Shown here: piece after piece, positions 53,925-62,984 of the stretch
Numbering within the stretch: position 1 is the first letter of the stretch
Layout: every line of letters begins with the position of its first letter
Source: Bacilli bacterium
GTDB taxonomy: Bacteria > Bacillota_I > Bacilli_A > RFN20 > CAG-826
Reading direction: 5' to 3'
Assembly: GCA_017651165.1 (NCBI GenBank)
Contig: JAGCDH010000010.1
Span: 17,658 to 81,657 of the forward strand
Length of the DNA stretch: 64,000 nucleotides
Program-made: the position numbers and the translations under genes
Notes under the pieces: generated by a model
What the model was told of the DNA's origin: nothing
Database searches by the model: none
The model's input: the letters and a program-made list of their open reading frames with translations, nothing else

Positions 53925-55571
53925 TTATAACTTAGTCACCTCAATAGAGGCATAACCACTATTCAAAGCATTAACTTTGAAAGAGAAACCGAGGTCCAGT
54001 CCACTGTTGAGTTTACCAGATTTCACAAACTGATTAGCGGAACTAGACATGCTGAATTCTTGTTTATCTCTAAAAAGCATTGCGCTTGTTAAAGTATCTT
54101 TTGATTTCCAACCACTACCATTTTTCTTGATGAGTTGTAAGAGGTTGTAATTACAGAACGAACGGTCTTCATCGGCTAAAGGACTTAAATAGCTCTCTGA
54201 GACATTGCTAGCGTAATAAGTATTAGACATTGCTAATTTAACGCGTTGGGTATAACCAGGGTCAGTCGTCATTCTACTAGAGGAGAAATTTCCAGCATAC
54301 ATGTAGGCTAAACGAGCGTCCACGTGCCATAATCTAATGCCACGTTCAACCGGTCCGGTTGGGTAAACTTTACGTGCGTCTCTTAAGTATTGATGGTCTG
54401 TATCAAACTCATTTAAACCATCTGGTGTGTAATATTCAAGTAATAAATATTCATCAAATGGTGAATAGTTATAGGAAGAAGCATTAGGTGATAATAAAAT
54501 CATTTCACCACTAGAAGTGAATGGCTTTAAGTTGATAATTGTGCTCTCCACTGGGACATAGGCTTTGCCCCAGCCTAAAGCGTAACAACTGAATGGATCA
54601 TGACCACCAACGTTATGGTCTTGCATGGAGAAACCGGCTGCTGGTGAATATTTGCTATCGGAATAATCATAATAGTCTTCTAAACCAAACATGTGACCCA
54701 TTTCATGGATATATGTATGAGCGTCGAGATTGATGTATTTTGTGTCACCACTTCCATAGGAATTACCTGCACGGTCCCTCGCTTTTGAGTTGTTATACAT
54801 AAAGTCATAGCTTGCCCAGAAGAAAGCATTTGGACCAGGATTTGAGACGTTCTTATGAGTGACATTACGGTCTTGAATCCAGAAGCAATATGCCCAAAGG
54901 TTGGTTTTATTCTTATTAGCGGGATTATTATTAATGAAACTTTCGTTGCCATTATCTGGTGCGGCATAAATGAGCATAACGCCATCTAAATAACCATCAC
55001 CATCATAGTCATAATCTTTGCGGTCTTCTTCTGGATGACCTGTAAAATACCAGTTCACCGCTTTGACGACCAAATCAGATGTGGCTAAAGAGCCATCATC
55101 CACAGCGTAGTCATTAACATAATCACCACATGAGTACCACTCACTAACTGTACCAGTAAGATTAACAGCACCATGGCTTTCTTCTTGGTAATAAGAAGAA
55201 ACGCTTCTCCAACCCGTCACTTCATTAGTGCCAAAGTAGACGCTTTGAATATCTTCTCTGACGTTCTCTTTTTTAGCGGGTTGAATATAAATATTTGAAT
55301 CTTCAAACCACACAGGAATGACTAATAAACGCGGAGTTCCTGTTGATGGAGTGGAAGAAAGACGATAGACGTTATTTTTAATGTAGGTTCCATAGCAATA
55401 AGCTTCAGGGGCTTTATGCGCTTCGGTATCACCTGGAGGAGGTGTAGAAACATCACTACGAGGATGATAGGTTGAACCACCAAAATAAAACATATCTTTG
55501 AAGGCTTCACACGCTGTTAAGCCAAAAACAGAGATACCAAGAATTGCTAATAACGGCCATTTCTTCTTCAT
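53925..55571 (-). CDS. Lipoprotein, M6 (immune inhibitor A-like) family metalloprotease domain
   Basis: MKKKWPLLAILGISVFGLTACEAF carries the lipobox. It also has LLVIPVWFEDSN and the zinc site HEMGHMFGLEDYYDY. Confidence 0.75.
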   Translation of the reverse strand: MKKKWPLLAILGISVFGLTACEAFKDMFYFGGSTYHPRSDVSTPPPGDTEAHKAPEAYCYGTYIKNNVYRLSSTPSTGTPRLLVIPVWFEDSNIYIQPAKKENVREDIQSVYFGTNEVTGWRSVSSYYQEESHGAVNLTGTVSEWYSCGDYVNDYAVDDGSLATSDLVVKAVNWYFTGHPEEDRKDYDYDGDGYLDGVMLIYAAPDNGNESFINNNPANKNKTNLWAYCFWIQDRNVTHKNVSNPGPNAFFWASYDFMYNNSKARDRAGNSYGSGDTKYINLDAHTYIHEMGHMFGLEDYYDYSDSKYSPAAGFSMQDHNVGGHDPFSCYALGWGKAYVPVESTIINLKPFTSSGEMILLSPNASSYNYSPFDEYLLLEYYTPDGLNEFDTDHQYLRDARKVYPTGPVERGIRLWHVDARLAYMYAGNFSSSRMTTDPGYTQRVKLAMSNTYYASNVSESYLSPLADEDRSFCNYNLLQLIKKNGSGWKSKDTLTSAMLFRDKQEFSMSSSANQFVKSGKLNSGLDLGFSFKVNALNSGYASIEVTKL

Positions 55572-55646
55572 ACTATGGTTTTCCTAAAGTTTATTTTAAC
55601 AATTTTTCCTACTTAATAAAAGTTTACATTCAGAGAATGAATTGCC

Positions 55647-58073
55647 TTATAACTTATTGATGGCAATGGTTGCGTATTCTTCGCCTAATTCTTTGACTTC
55701 AAAGCTAAAGCCTAAATCAGAACCACTGTTGAGTTTGCCTTCGTTAACAAATTGCTTTTTGTAATCTTCCATGGTGAAAACATCATCCTTATGGAACAAG
55801 TAGTTGTTAGTAAGAGTGGTTTTGCTTTTATGGCTGGTATTTTTGTTATTACGAATCCATTGAAGTTGATTGTAATTAGCATACGCTGAGCCTAATGGTG
55901 AGATACGTTTTGAAGAATCACTACTACCATCATCATATGAATTGGTCATCATTAAAGTGACATAATAAGAACCACCAAGGGTTGGATCATAAGTAACTTG
56001 TGAAGCATTATAACTACCATATCTGCTCCTATATAAAAGTCTGGAGTCAACGTGCCATAATCTAATGCCAGCTTTAGTGGCGCCTTGTGGGGAATTAGCG
56101 TATTGATAAGCCGCATCCATTTCATTTAAACCGTCTGGAGTGTAATACTCCACGACTAAATATTCATCAAATGGTGAATTAACTGAATTCCAACCTGGAG
56201 TTAAGATAATCATTTCACCACTTGTGGTGAATGGTTTGAGATGAATGAGCGAAGTTTCTGTTGGAACATAAGCACTACCCCAACCAAGAGAGAAAGCGCT
56301 GTGAGGATCATGGATACCAACGTTATGATCTTGCATAGAGAAACCACCAGCTGGTGAATAGCCATAGCTAGAATAATCATAATAATCACACAAACCAAAG
56401 ACGTGGCCCATTTCATGAGTGAATGTATGAGCGTCGACGTTGCAGTGTGTGGTGTCACCACCCGCACAGCTTGATAAACCAGTACGGGATTTGGCCTTAT
56501 TAGAGCCATACATGAAGTCATAACTAGCCCAGAAGAAAACATTTGGACCAGGGTTTTCCGTATTCTTATAAGATGATTTTTGGACCCAATAACAATAAGC
56601 CCAGAAATTGCCATTGCTATATGAACTAGAGGAAATATAGTCAGGACGTGCATAGATAAGCATTACACCATCAAGGTAGCCATCACCATCACGGTCATAA
56701 TCTTTACGGGATTCCTCTTTGTGGTTATTGAAATACCAATCTGAAGCAGTTTTCACTAATGACGAGGTATTAGAAGCACCCGTGGATTCAGAACCATAAC
56801 TTGATGAGGCACGACTATCTTCGTACCATTCACTAACTGTGCCTTCCATTGTTAAAGCGCCATGGCTTTCTTCTTCATAGAAAGTCTTAACACTTCTCCA
56901 ACCGGTATCTTCATTAGAACCGAAATAGGCTTTTTGGATATCTTCTCTAACTTGTTCTCTTTTAGAGGTTGAAATGTAGTTATTAGAATCAGTAAACCAA
57001 ACTGGAATAACTAATAACTTGGTGGAGCCTAAAGAAGGCGAACAAGAAAGAGTATATTCGCTATGAGAGAAATATTGTTTATAACTGCGTCCAGAATTAA
57101 CAGGGGCAATTGATGGACCATCAAGTGGAGGAATTTCTACATAAGTAGAATAAGCACATCTAGAGCAAGTATAATACTCATTCCAACCAACACTAGTTAC
57201 TGTTGGAGCTTGTCCATCATGATGGACTAAATCATGACCTAAAGCATGAATGGATTGAGTATTTCTTGATAAAACTTCACCATCATCAAGGCAATACGTG
57301 ACGATATCATAAGAACCATCTGTTTCACATGTTGGTTCCACACGATTCTCTTCTCTAGTCGCGGTGTGAATATGACCGGTAGCAGGGATTTCTTGATAAG
57401 TTGTATAGTTACATCTTGTACATGTTTGATAGGCTTGCCAACCGACTTGTGTGCAAGTGGCCGCTTTCGCGTCATGGTAAACTATATCGTGGCCTAAAAC
57501 TTTTAAAGTTTTGTGTTCAACACTTAAAGTCACATTATCATCAAGGCAATACGTGACTAAATCATAGGAGCCATCTTCTGTACAAGTTGGTTCAACACGA
57601 TTCTCTTCCCTTGTGGCGGTGTGAACGTGACCGGTAGCGGGAATCTCTTGATAAGTTGTATAGTTACATCTTGTACATGTTTGATAAGCTTGCCAGCCAT
57701 TTTCAGTACACGTGGCCGCTTTCCCATCATGTTCGACGATGTCGTGATTTAAAGCAGAAATTGTGATTAATTGACGCTCTAATTCTTGATGGCAGTGACT
57801 GCAGTATGTGACTAAATCATAGGAGCCATCTTCTGTACAGGTTGGTTCCATACGATATTCTTCCACTGGTTCAGCGGGTGTATGAGTATGGAAACTGCTA
57901 GAAGAAGAACTGCTTGTTCTATCACTACTAGAACTAGAAGAGTCTGGATTTTGAGAAGAAGAATTCGCACCACTTTGGCCATTAGATGAACCAAAATTAA
58001 ACTTAAAACTACAAGCGGACAATAAGCCTGTTAGTGTGATAAGTAATAGTGATGCTTTAATGCTTCTTTTCAT
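55647..58073 (-). CDS. Lipoprotein: Ser-rich tether, three 85-aa Cys-rich repeats, then an M6 (InhA-like) metalloprotease domain. Paralogue of 53925..55571.
   Basis: MKRSIKASLLLITLTGLLSACSF carries the lipobox. The repeats read EPTCTEDGSYDLVTYC...ATCT..GWQAYQTCTRCNYTTYQEIPATGH. The protease domain has LLVIPVWFTDSN and HEMGHVFGLCDYYDY. Confidence 0.75.
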   Translation of the reverse strand: MKRSIKASLLLITLTGLLSACSFKFNFGSSNGQSGANSSSQNPDSSSSSSDRTSSSSSSSFHTHTPAEPVEEYRMEPTCTEDGSYDLVTYCSHCHQELERQLITISALNHDIVEHDGKAATCTENGWQAYQTCTRCNYTTYQEIPATGHVHTATREENRVEPTCTEDGSYDLVTYCLDDNVTLSVEHKTLKVLGHDIVYHDAKAATCTQVGWQAYQTCTRCNYTTYQEIPATGHIHTATREENRVEPTCETDGSYDIVTYCLDDGEVLSRNTQSIHALGHDLVHHDGQAPTVTSVGWNEYYTCSRCAYSTYVEIPPLDGPSIAPVNSGRSYKQYFSHSEYTLSCSPSLGSTKLLVIPVWFTDSNNYISTSKREQVREDIQKAYFGSNEDTGWRSVKTFYEEESHGALTMEGTVSEWYEDSRASSSYGSESTGASNTSSLVKTASDWYFNNHKEESRKDYDRDGDGYLDGVMLIYARPDYISSSSYSNGNFWAYCYWVQKSSYKNTENPGPNVFFWASYDFMYGSNKAKSRTGLSSCAGGDTTHCNVDAHTFTHEMGHVFGLCDYYDYSSYGYSPAGGFSMQDHNVGIHDPHSAFSLGWGSAYVPTETSLIHLKPFTTSGEMIILTPGWNSVNSPFDEYLVVEYYTPDGLNEMDAAYQYANSPQGATKAGIRLWHVDSRLLYRSRYGSYNASQVTYDPTLGGSYYVTLMMTNSYDDGSSDSSKRISPLGSAYANYNQLQWIRNNKNTSHKSKTTLTNNYLFHKDDVFTMEDYKKQFVNEGKLNSGSDLGFSFEVKELGEEYATIAINKL
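57126..57890 (-). repeat. Three tandem ~255-bp coding repeats (Cys-rich modules)
   Basis: EPTC(T/E)(E/T)DGSYD recurs at aa 76, 161 and 246 of the protein. Confidence 0.8.
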
Positions 58074-58135
58074 ATAATGAACTTCTCTTAAGTCCAGTAG
58101 AATATTATAAACCCGCTAAACAAAATGTCAAACAG

Positions 58136-58164
58136 TTAAAAGAAAGCCCCATCATTAGATGGGG
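58136..58164 (-). terminator. Intrinsic terminator after the ThrE-family gene
   Basis: On the minus strand: CCCCATC-taat-GATGGGG followed by CTTTCTTTT. Confidence 0.7.
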
Positions 58165-58176
58165 TATTTCATTAAA

Positions 58177-59451
58177 TTATTCTTTGTTAATTTTTAAGAG
58201 CTTGAATTTTCTCACGTAGTGCACGATTGTGGAGCATAAGACGAAGCCGAGTGAGATGCCAATGAGAGAAAGAGCGAGGTTTGGTCCATTTTGGACGATA
58301 AATGATGTATTACCCCAAACGATACCAAAGGCGACATAGCAGAAAAGATCACCAGGAATAAGTGGAATAATCGATGGATATAGATATAAGGTGGATGGTT
58401 CTTTGCGGGTAATAGCGAGAATTTCACTATATAAGGCTGCGAAGAAGGCGGCCACCATGGTATAGATAAATGGATAAGTGTGGAAGACATCTTTAAATAG
58501 GATGTAGACTAATCTGACAATCACACCACCGATCGCGGCAAAGACTAAGTCTTTTAATTGGATATTAAAGACCACGCTGAAACCGGTTGTGGCCATCAAA
58601 GTGAGAACGACAAGTTCAACATCGATTAACCATAATGGGGTCTTATCATAAAAATCAACTAGAGCATCTTTATATGCTTCAAGCGTTTGATAATTAGCGA
58701 CATTTTCAAATAAAGCGTATACCGCCGCCACACCAGCGATGATTGTGCATATTTCAAGTAATACTTTTAGTAAATCAATAACACCATTCATCTCATTACC
58801 ACAGAGTAAGTTCCTCGCGCAGTTAATCATCTGAATTCCAGGTAAGAGGAAGAAGGCGTTTGTTAAAACAATCGTAAAGAAATTAGAGACAAATCCTGCC
58901 ATGTAGAACAAAGTGGCTATGGTGCTACATAGGAACATGCTAAAGAAGTTGGTAATAATTTTATTAATATGCACTTTGCTAAAGAGTTTTGATAAGCCAA
59001 AGAGCACTAAAGTATTGATCTCCACCACTAAGAGTTCAGATGGGCCAGCAAGGAAGATTCTCGCTAATGCTGCCATTGCTACTAAATAGCCAACCATCAT
59101 TGCCCACCATGGGAAGTCATTGGATTTCACTGCGTGTAATAAGTCATATAACGTCGTCACGTCTGGCTTATTTTCTATGACATCATAGGAAAGATTATTG
59201 AGTTTCTTAAGTCTTTCTAAGTTGAAAGATTGTGGCGGAACATCCGTTTGACGATGAGCGTATAACTTGTTCTCATCCTTCGCACTGATGGAAATACGTG
59301 TTGTCAAATTAGCGCATGTCACATCGTGTAAACCATAGGCATGACAAATCTTTTCGATAGAGAGATTAACTCTTTCGATATTCGCCCCCGAGGCGATCAT
59401 TTGTTTTCCTAATTCTTTACAGAAGTCTAAGATGTAATCAATTCTTTCCAT
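58177..59451 (-). CDS. Threonine/serine exporter (ThrE) family membrane protein (fused DUF1212-like and DUF3815-like halves)
   Basis: The N-terminus MERIDYILDFCKELGKQMIASGANIERV is typical of the family. About 10 TM. Confidence 0.65.
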   Translation of the reverse strand: MERIDYILDFCKELGKQMIASGANIERVNLSIEKICHAYGLHDVTCANLTTRISISAKDENKLYAHRQTDVPPQSFNLERLKKLNNLSYDVIENKPDVTTLYDLLHAVKSNDFPWWAMMVGYLVAMAALARIFLAGPSELLVVEINTLVLFGLSKLFSKVHINKIITNFFSMFLCSTIATLFYMAGFVSNFFTIVLTNAFFLLPGIQMINCARNLLCGNEMNGVIDLLKVLLEICTIIAGVAAVYALFENVANYQTLEAYKDALVDFYDKTPLWLIDVELVVLTLMATTGFSVVFNIQLKDLVFAAIGGVIVRLVYILFKDVFHTYPFIYTMVAAFFAALYSEILAITRKEPSTLYLYPSIIPLIPGDLFCYVAFGIVWGNTSFIVQNGPNLALSLIGISLGFVLCSTIVHYVRKFKLLKINKE

Positions 59452-59508
59452 AACGCCATAATAATATACACTCATTTTTTAAAAATGTAAGAGATTATTT
59501 TAAATATT

Positions 59509-61416
59509 CTATTCTAGGCTCTTTAATGAAATATTAAAGTCAACCTTTTTAATCTTTCTAAATAATAAGAAACAAGAGATGACCGCTGAAGCAAGGATGA
59601 TCACATATGAGAGCACATATGTTGGCCATCGAATGTCTTTAAGAGAGCCAAAGTCTAAGAAGCCAAAGGCTAGTTGCGAAGCGCCCATTGAAACAGGGAT
59701 GCCAATCGCGGCGCTAAAAACGGTTATGAGTAGTAATTCTCGATAGATAAAGAAAGCACATTCAATATCGGTGTAACCAAGAACCTTCAAAACGGCGATT
59801 TCTCTTACTCTTTCTTCGATATTCATGCTCGTCAAGGCGTAGATGATTAAAGAAGCAAGAGCAACACCATATAAGACGATGACCATTGAGATAAAACCCA
59901 TCGTACTAGCGACGTTTTCAAATAGTACATTACTCTTCACTGATTCTGAACAATCGCCTAGACTTAAACCTAAAAAGACGAGGGTCGTGGATCCAATAAT
60001 CGATAAACTCGTGAGTATTAAATTCTTCTTATGTCTAAAGATATTGCGGACACTATTCTTGAAAGAGAATGATAGACGGTTCCAAATAAAACCAATCTTT
60101 TCCATAAAAACTCTTTTACCAGGTTTCGGGGCTTTAGCCTTCATTAATGCCGCTGGTGTTTCTCTTAAACATAGTTTTGTAGAGAAGAAAGCCACAAGAA
60201 AGGTTGATAACATCACAAGCAAAGAAGTAATCAAACCCACTGGTGAAATAGCTATGTAGCGCATAAACGGAATATAGAAAACTGCTTTATAGGCTCTAAA
60301 GATTATGCCAGGCAAGATAGCATTACCAACAAAATAACCAACTATCACACCAATGGAAGCGGAAGTCAAACTATAGAACAAATACTTAGCGTAAATCCTT
60401 GACGGTGGTACGCCCAAAGAGAAATTGCAGGCGATGATACTTCTTTCGTCAGCGATTAATCTAGATAGAATGACCACCACCACTAAAGCGCAAACTGCGA
60501 TAAAGAAGAACGGCAGGATGATGGAAATGACCGTTAGTTTATTATCATAGTTCTTATACAAAGCATAAGAAGTATTGTCTTCCAAAGTTAAAACTTTGAC
60601 TTTATCTCCGAAGACAGTTTGAATCTTATTCTTGTACTCGTTTATTTCGCTTTTGTATTCACTAGTTAATAGTTCGCTTTGATGATCTAATGTGACATAT
60701 AAGTCAGTCATTGACAAAAAACTAGCGTAGGCACCAAACATCGAAACATCTGTAAAGAAGACGTTATCAAGATAATCCTCTTCCTCAGTCATCGCTCTTT
60801 CTTTTTGCTTGGAGTTATAAAGCGGATGAGAAGCTGTTCCCACTACCTTGATATAGATTTCCCCGTTCATCAATGGGTTAGCGATCTTCAAATAATCGCC
60901 AATTCGGTATTGGCTTTCCTCATGAATTCCAACAAGTAATAACGAATCAATAACTGTATAGTTTTGTCCATCTATTTCTTCTTGTCTTAATGTCTCGGAA
61001 GGATATTCTCCTTTTAAAAGAGTTGGTGAACCAACTCCGCCTTCTTCTTTAATGTTTTCAAACGCTAATAAGCGATAGTTCCCGTTTGTGGCGTCAATCT
61101 TATCAATACTAAAAAGTTTGTTGACTTGTTTAACACCATCTATCGCTTTTACTTGGTCAATTCTTTCTTCGTTCCATAGAACAGTTTCTCCTTCTTCTGG
61201 AACGTATTTCAATATGACATCAGGAGCATTTCTATCCCTATAATTTGAAACAAATCCTGGTGCGTACGAACGGGTAATCGCCCCAATACCAGAAGTTAAA
61301 GATATCGAAACTAAAACAATGAGAAGATTAAGAAAAAAAGAGATAATCTTTTGTCTCACCAGTTGTACGACGGTTTTACCGTAGATATTAGGAAATGGGT
61401 ATTTAGTTCTTACCAT
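59509..61416 (-). CDS. ABC transporter permease, FtsX/MacB family (two FtsX-type TM bundles, large external domain)
   Basis: 635 aa. It overlaps the stop of the upstream ATPase gene by 7 nt. Confidence 0.75.
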   Translation of the reverse strand: MVRTKYPFPNIYGKTVVQLVRQKIISFFLNLLIVLVSISLTSGIGAITRSYAPGFVSNYRDRNAPDVILKYVPEEGETVLWNEERIDQVKAIDGVKQVNKLFSIDKIDATNGNYRLLAFENIKEEGGVGSPTLLKGEYPSETLRQEEIDGQNYTVIDSLLLVGIHEESQYRIGDYLKIANPLMNGEIYIKVVGTASHPLYNSKQKERAMTEEEDYLDNVFFTDVSMFGAYASFLSMTDLYVTLDHQSELLTSEYKSEINEYKNKIQTVFGDKVKVLTLEDNTSYALYKNYDNKLTVISIILPFFFIAVCALVVVVILSRLIADERSIIACNFSLGVPPSRIYAKYLFYSLTSASIGVIVGYFVGNAILPGIIFRAYKAVFYIPFMRYIAISPVGLITSLLVMLSTFLVAFFSTKLCLRETPAALMKAKAPKPGKRVFMEKIGFIWNRLSFSFKNSVRNIFRHKKNLILTSLSIIGSTTLVFLGLSLGDCSESVKSNVLFENVASTMGFISMVIVLYGVALASLIIYALTSMNIEERVREIAVLKVLGYTDIECAFFIYRELLLITVFSAAIGIPVSMGASQLAFGFLDFGSLKDIRWPTYVLSYVIILASAVISCFLLFRKIKKVDFNISLKSLE

Positions 61417-62117
61417 TCAATATCCTCGATGCGTTTTGGATTCGGATTATATTCATCGTAAATGAGTTTACCATTACGCATTTTAATGAGGTGGTCCGCC
61501 ATATCGGCTAAAGCGGAGTTATGAGTCACAATAATAACGGTTTTACCGTTTTCTTTTGCTTCTTTACTTAGTAAAGCCAAAATGCCCTTACCAGTTTCAT
61601 AGTCTAAGGCACCAGTTGGTTCATCACAAAGAATGATGTCGCAGTTTTTAGCGACCGCTCTAGCGATAGAAACTCTTTGTTGTTCACCACCAGATAACTG
61701 AGACGGGAAGTTTTTATCTTTATCTTTTAAACCAACGGATTCTAATACATCTTTTGGATTTAAAGCGTCTTTCTTTAATTCAGTGGCTAATTCAACATTC
61801 TCAACCGCGGTCAAATTGGGCATGAGGTTATAGAACTGGAAAACAAAGCCAATCTTATTTCTCCTAAAACCAACGAGATCTTTTTTAGTGAATTTAGAAA
61901 CATCACTACCATCAATGACTAAAGAACCAGATGTGAGTGTATCCATTCCCCCTAAAAGATTTAAAAGGGTGGTTTTACCGGCACCAGACTGACCTAAAAT
62001 GACGACTAGTTCGCCTTTATTAATAGAAAAATCAATTTCGTTAACAGCGATCACTTCAATATCACCACTAACAAACTTTTTAGTTACTTTTTCGCCACGA
62101 ATAATACATTCAGCCAT
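61410..62117 (-). CDS. ABC transporter ATP-binding protein (MacB/LolD-like)
   Basis: Walker A is GQSGAGKTT, the signature is LSGGEQQR and Walker B is ILCDEPTG. The ATG at 62117 gives MAECIIRGEK. The track start at 62132 is a TTG. Confidence 0.85.
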   Translation of the reverse strand: MAECIIRGEKVTKKFVSGDIEVIAVNEIDFSINKGELVVILGQSGAGKTTLLNLLGGMDTLTSGSLVIDGSDVSKFTKKDLVGFRRNKIGFVFQFYNLMPNLTAVENVELATELKKDALNPKDVLESVGLKDKDKNFPSQLSGGEQQRVSIARAVAKNCDIILCDEPTGALDYETGKGILALLSKEAKENGKTVIIVTHNSALADMADHLIKMRNGKLIYDEYNPNPKRIEDIEW

Positions 62118-62182
62118 AAGTAATACTTTCAATATTGATTATAAATAATATTGAGGTATTAGCATAGCACCAATTAAAATAC

Positions 62183-62216
62183 AAAAAAATGATGCAAAGC
62201 ATCATTATTTTTTTTG
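62183..62216. terminator. Strong bidirectional intrinsic terminator between the repeat region and the ABC operon
   Basis: AATGATGC-aaa-GCATCATT, with an A7 run before it and a T9 run after it. Confidence 0.75.
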
Positions 62217-62358
62217 TACTTGTCTAAACCCGTTATACACATTTCGTACGAATTTCTTGTCCATGTACTTACTGGTAATTTTGCAAGTGTTAACTAATGA
62301 TAATAGAGAAACTATTTCAGCCACCTACCACCATCTCATACCTTAGTTACCAGTACGA

Positions 62359-62387
62359 TGATGCGAGTTCGATTCTTGTCACCCCTG
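62359..62387 (+). other. Plus-strand copy (29/29 nt) of the 3' half of the minus-strand tRNA-Trp gene
   Basis: TGATGCGAGTTCGATTCTTGTCACCCCTG is the exact reverse complement of 62988-63016 (variable loop, T-arm, 3' acceptor strand and discriminator). Confidence 0.9.
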
Positions 62388-62464
62388 ACATACTTACCAT
62401 AGGTAATACGTCCCTACTTATGTCCTAGCCTAGATATCCGGGTATAGAACTTAAGCCTGGGAGA

Positions 62465-62499
62465 TAAAGAAAAAAGCTCCGGGTTTTATACTCGAAGCT
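62465..62499 (-). terminator. Intrinsic terminator inside repeat unit 1 (minus-strand orientation)
   Basis: On the minus strand: AGCTTCGAG-tataaaa-CCCGGAGCT followed by TTTTTTCTTTATC. Confidence 0.6.
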
Positions 62500-62750
62500 C
62501 TTCTATCTCTGACCCGTACAATCTGGTACATCCTGGAGGACATTCTCTTCGAACATTTCCTGGACATCCTGGTCGGACATCGACATTTTTGTGTAATCGT
62601 TTAAACCCGTTATCCACATTTCGTACGAACTCACTGTCCTCTGTTAATCACCAGTACAACCTGGCTTTTAGACGCTTTTCCACTAATGATAGATGAGAAT
62701 CTATTTCATCCATCTACCACCACCTAGAACTTGGTATATCCATGAACCGA

Positions 62751-62781
62751 TGATGTGAGTTCAATTCTTATCACCCCTGCC
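62751..62781 (+). other. Diverged plus-strand copy of the tRNA-Trp 3' half
   Basis: TGATGtGAGTTCaATTCTTaTCACCCCTGCC has three substitutions. Two of them (62756 C to T, 62770 G to A) convert the C-G pair of the T-stem into T-A. Confidence 0.85.
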
Positions 62782-62864
62782 TTTACCATAGGTAATATGT
62801 CCCTACTCATGTCCTAACCTAGAAGAACTGGTAATACGAACTGGAACCTGGAGATAAAGAAAAA

Positions 62865-62897
62865 GGCTTCGGGTTTTACCTGAAGCTCTTCATCTAT
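62865..62897 (-). terminator. Intrinsic terminator inside repeat unit 2 (minus-strand orientation), ~90 nt downstream of tRNA-Trp
   Basis: On the minus strand: GCTTCAGG-taaaa-CCCGAAGC followed by CTTTTTCTTTATC. Confidence 0.6.
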
Positions 62898-62984
62898 GTT
62901 CTGGTATCCAATCCTGGTTCATCCTGGAGGACATTCTCTTCGAACGTTTCCTGGACATCCTGGTCGGACGTTGACATTTTGATT

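Larger units (their letters stand above)
62225..62601. repeat. Unit 1 of a tandem ~377-bp non-coding element
   Basis: It aligns block-wise to 62602-62984. Shared blocks are TAAACCCGTTAT.CACATTTCGTACGAA, ACTAATGATA..., the tRNA-Trp 3'-half copy, TTACCATAGGTAATA.GTCCCTACT.ATGTCCTA, a terminator block, and a 60-nt block at 62529-62590. Confidence 0.85.
62602..62984. repeat. Unit 2 of the tandem non-coding element, abutting the 3' end of tRNA-Trp
   Basis: See unit 1. The period is 377 bp (62225 to 62602). Confidence 0.85.

Noticed and set aside
62900-62983. Conserved 27-codon acidic ORFs on the minus strand of each repeat unit. They read MSTSDQDVQETFEENVLQDEPGLDTRT at about 62900-62983 and MSMSDQDVQEMFEENVLQDVPDCTGQR at about 62506-62589.
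   Set aside because: - There is no Shine-Dalgarno in a genome where most genes have one.
- The C-terminal third is not conserved.
- Nucleotide conservation extends beyond the ORF.
- Differences are not biased to synonymous sites.

I treat the region as non-coding RNA, but ribosome profiling could overturn this.
62225-62984. The repeat region as a T-box leader for the downstream ABC operon. GGTGGTA-like strings occur on the minus strand and tRNA-Trp is next door.
   Set aside because: - The GGTGGTA strings lie ~150 nt from the terminators instead of overlapping them.
- No specifier-loop or Stem I features were seen.
- A separate strong terminator and a spacer lie between the repeats and the operon.
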